DNA from: a bacterium
GTDB lineage: Bacteria > UBA8248 > JACPRG01 > G963555815
Assembly: GCA_965261595.1 (NCBI GenBank)
Contig: CBDHDG010000004.1
Span: 640,001-704,000 of the forward strand
Reading direction: 5' to 3'
DNA length: 64,000 nt
Part shown: in pieces, positions 60,798 to 64,000 of the stretch
Numbering within the stretch: position 1 is the first letter of the stretch
Layout: each line of letters starts with the position of its first letter
Notes under the pieces: model-generated
Database searches by the model: none
Told to the model about the DNA's origin: nothing
What the model saw: the letters and a program-made list of their open reading frames with translations, nothing else
Translations under genes and position numbers: made by a program

Positions 60798-61334
60798 GTG
60801 TCGGAAAACCAACCCAAAGACCCCGGCGGCTACACCGAACACAAAGAACTCAGCGCCGACCAGGACTCGCTGCCCTTCGCGGTCATCACGGTCAGCGATA
60901 CGCGCACCGAGGAAACCGACAAGAGCGGAAAACTGATCCGGGACATGCTGACGGAAAAAGGCCACCGGATCGCCCGGCGCCGCATCGTCAAAGACGACCC
61001 CGACGCGATGAAGGAGGAGTTGGAGGCCTGCCTCTCCGATCCGGACATCCGAATTATCATCTCCAACGGGGGGACCGGCGTGGCGCGGCGGGATGGGACC
61101 TACGAGGTGGTCACCTCCTTCCTGGAAAAAACCCTCTCCGGTTTCGGGGAAATCTTCCGCATGCTGAGCTACGACGACATCGGAGCGGGGGCGATCATGA
61201 GCCGGGCCACGGCGGGGATCGCCCGGGGCAAGGTCGTGTTCGCCATCCCGGGCTCCTCGGGCGCCGTCCGCCTCGCCATGGAGAAGCTGATCCTCGAAGA
61301 GGCCGGCCACATCTATTGGGAGATCACCAAATAG
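60798..61334 (+). CDS. moaB: Molybdenum cofactor biosynthesis protein MoaB/Mog family
   Basis: VITVSDTR..ETDKSG, IVKDD, NGGTG...RD.T.E, GFGEIFRMLSY, SRA.AG, PGSSGAV. Confidence 0.88.
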   Translation: MSENQPKDPGGYTEHKELSADQDSLPFAVITVSDTRTEETDKSGKLIRDMLTEKGHRIARRRIVKDDPDAMKEELEACLSDPDIRIIISNGGTGVARRDGTYEVVTSFLEKTLSGFGEIFRMLSYDDIGAGAIMSRATAGIARGKVVFAIPGSSGAVRLAMEKLILEEAGHIYWEITK

Positions 61335-61458
61335 GAACGCGGCGCGAAATGAAATGAACGGTTCACGACATGCGGATGAGAAGACCCCGCGGGAGCCCTA
61401 GAAGCTGTGGGCGGGCAAGGGGTCTCCAACCCGGGGGGTCTCCGACCCGAGGGGTCTT

Positions 61459-62663
61459 TTACTTGCTGATCGTTATCGTGGGGGCGAAGGCACCGGAGAC
61501 GTCCGTCAGCGTCATCTGGAAAAGTTGGTAGAGAAGGATGAAGGCCCGCTTGTCCCACCGCGTATCACTCACGGAATAGTGCCGATCCCTGAACGACGCC
61601 TGGGCGATGTGGGAGGGAGGGGGACTGCCGGTCACCCGGATCGCCAGCGTCCGCTTCGGGTTGGAATCGACCTTGCCGGTGCGCGGGTCTTTTTCCACGT
61701 CAAATTCGGGAATCCGCTCGACTTCGTCTCCCAGGAATTGAGTGATGAGGTTCAGGCTGCGGAGCTTAATCGCCCCGAAGAAGGAATAATCGCCACCGGG
61801 GCGCCCCGGCCGGATATCCACGAGAATGAAACTTTCCGGCCTGGAATTCGCCAACCGGTTGAGCTCCGCCCGTTCGGCGTTGCTCAATTTGCGCGGGTCA
61901 TAGTTCGACACCAGGACCCGGCCGACCACCTTCCTGCGAAGCTCGTATGTCGTATTCTTTCCCGCCGTATTTCCTACGGGTCGAAGCCTGTATCCCATCT
62001 CCCGCGCCTTTATGAGATCCATCGCCGGCGGCGGTTTCGACAGCTTCATCCCCAGCGACTCTTCAAAGGTGATCCGGGAGACAAACAGCTTTCTTTGCCC
62101 GTTCAGCCAAGTCCAGTGCAGGACCCGCCTGCGGAATTCTTTGTATTCCTCCGTCTTGTCGGGAGAATTCAGGATGAAGCCTTGAAACGCTCCGTCACGA
62201 TTTCGGATTTCGATCCCCCGCGCCATCAGCCGCGTCACCATGTCGAATCGCGCGCCTTGAATCAGAAGAAACTCGAATTTCCTTTCGTCCATCGGGGTCA
62301 AGACACGCTTCGTGAATTCCTCGCCCTGTATGGGGACGATGCTGAGCGTCGGGTTCTCCGCCACGCTTGACCCAAGACTCAACTCCAGCGAATCGCTCCC
62401 GGGAAATGCCAGGGTTCCCGTAAGCCCGATTTGTGTGCGGAAATCGAATGTCGCCGCGATGCTCGATGGACCGTGAAGTGACTCGGCAGATCATTGTGCT
62501 TCCGGGCGATGTTGAGCAGGAGCATCTCCCGATCCAGCCGGCTGATGGTCTCGTCGTAACCCAACACCGCCTGGTGGAGCGCCACCGGCCCCAAACACCC
62601 TGCCAAAAGAGGAAACAGAAGTAAGGACGCCAAGCGGAGCAGGGTGGGACGAAAACTTTCCAT
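61459..62663 (-). CDS. Hypothetical lipoprotein, frameshifted near 62380-62470
   Basis: Lipobox LAGC, MLLLNIAR; downstream ORF AENPTLSIVPIQGEEF...APTITISK appears to continue it. Confidence 0.55.
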
Positions 62664-63026
62664 GATGAGCCTATCAGGGAGATTTACTGTTTCAAATTCG
62701 GACAGACGAGCACCGGCCCAGTCGTTGCTGTTCGGCCCGCTTTTACCCCGCTCTGACCGGACCTGTCAACTCCATCCCATGCTCCTCGGGGGTCGTCCGC
62801 CCGGCCACGGAGAAGCTTGATCCCCGAAGAGGGCGGGCAAGATGCCCGCCCTGCCCGCGTTTGAAAACACCCACCTTCCACCGTCCGGTAGGCCGGGCGT
62901 TTGGGTCGGTGGACCCCTTGCCCGGCCGGAAGGGGCAATTCGGATCTCGAACCGTAGAGCGATTTACAACACGCTACAAGATGGTGGAAATTCCCCCTTG
63001 CGGACGCGGAGGGGGAGCACAGGACG

Positions 63027-64000
63027 TTATTTCTTCAAGGCCGTCAACAGCTTCTCCGCCGTGACGGGAAGCGAGGTCATTCTCACGCCCGTGGCGTTAT
63101 AGACCGCGTTGGCGATGGCGGCGGCGGTCGGGTCGATGGGCGTCTCCGACCCCCCCTTTCCGCCGAACGGGCCGTACGGGTCGTTCGTCTCCACCAGGAT
63201 CGTCTGAATGGGCGGGGCGCCCTCGGCTCTCGGCAGGGGATAGTCGGCGAAGCTCCCGTTCACCACATCGCCCCCTTCGTAGATCATCCGCTCGTACAGG
63301 GCCAGCCCCAACCCCTGAATCACGGCCCCCTCCACCTGCCCTTCCGCCGTCAGCGGGTTCAGCGCCCGCCCGATGTCGTCGGCCGCGATGAGCCGCAGGA
63401 CTTCAATCCACCCGGTCTCGACGTCCACCTCCACCTCCGCCGTCTGGGCGGTGAAGGTGTACGCGCCTGCGATGTTTCCGTACCGGGTCTCATCAGCCAT
63501 CACCGAGGGGGGGTCATACGTCGCCCGGGCGACGATGGGCGCCCAACCGGGCCGGCAGACCGAATCCCGAATCAGCTCCCCGACCGAGAGGCCCTTCTCC
63601 CCGCTCCCCACGACCGAGATGCGCCCATCTTCGATCCGGAGGTCCTCCCGCGCCGCTTCGAGGCGGGAGGCGGCCAGACCCAGGATCTCCTCCCGGGCCT
63701 TTCCCGCCGCGCTCCGGACGGCGTTTCCCGCGATGAACATCAGGCGGCTCGCCCGCGCGCCGAACCCCAGGGGGATGATGTCCGTGTCCGCGGCGGAAAG
63801 CTCGATGTCCTCCAGACGGAACCCCAGCTCCTCGGCGGCGATCAGGGCCAGGACCGTGTTGGCCCCCTGGCCGATGTCCCCCTCGCCGATGACCAGGCCG
63901 GCCCGGCCGTCCTCGCGGATGCGGATCTCGGCCCCGGCGCCGTCCCAGTCCATGTGGACGCGGTTTCCGCTGACGTGGACGGCGCAGGCCATCCCGACCC
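63027..64000 (-). CDS. Xanthine dehydrogenase family molybdopterin-binding subunit (C-terminal part; 5' end outside the window)
   Basis: DIGQG..T...IAAEELG, DTD, ASR, GNAV, AEVEVDVETG, DIGRALNP...EGQVEG...QG.G, GPFGGKG.SE, AIANAV. Confidence 0.92.
   Translation of the reverse strand, partial: VGMACAVHVSGNRVHMDWDGAGAEIRIREDGRAGLVIGEGDIGQGANTVLALIAAEELGFRLEDIELSAADTDIIPLGFGARASRLMFIAGNAVRSAAGKAREEILGLAASRLEAAREDLRIEDGRISVVGSGEKGLSVGELIRDSVCRPGWAPIVARATYDPPSVMADETRYGNIAGAYTFTAQTAEVEVDVETGWIEVLRLIAADDIGRALNPLTAEGQVEGAVIQGLGLALYERMIYEGGDVVNGSFADYPLPRAEGAPPIQTILVETNDPYGPFGGKGGSETPIDPTAAAIANAVYNATGVRMTSLPVTAEKLLTALKK

Noticed and set aside
1..64000. tRNA, rRNA, tRNA-Sec or sel genes, cas genes, prophage genes
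   Set aside because: None was recognised in this window; the Sec machinery, if present, must be encoded elsewhere.

Overview
GC-rich bacterial chromosomal window containing mostly metabolic and transport genes: an MltD-like transglycosylase, MFS and TRAP transporters, a globin, aminotransferases, a PyrD-like enzyme, an amidohydrolase/cyclase/PrpF set, an Lhr helicase, larE-larB-larC, glutamate dehydrogenase, moaB and a partial xanthine-dehydrogenase-family subunit. Mobile DNA comprises two near-identical IS3-family copies, a composite of two different IS1380 elements inserted in the 3' end of lhr, and a small lower-GC islet with a toxin-antitoxin pair and an integron-cassette-like gene. The most notable signals are missed by the ORF track. 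(1) Three genes read through an in-frame UGA at a Cys-equivalent position and carry a SECIS-like hairpin just downstream: an OsmC protein, a UxxC DsbA-like protein and an exported c-type cytochrome whose UGA falls at the likely Cys heme-ligand position. (2) A periplasmic redox cluster (about 51.3-60.4 kb) has a Cys-rich NPCNPCAAKK repeat on three different exported proteins, including that putative seleno-cytochrome and a stand-alone repeat peptide interrupted by IS3. Several single-base frameshifts suggest long-read indel errors, so pseudogene calls are tentative. All family assignments come from motif recognition by eye; no database search was run.
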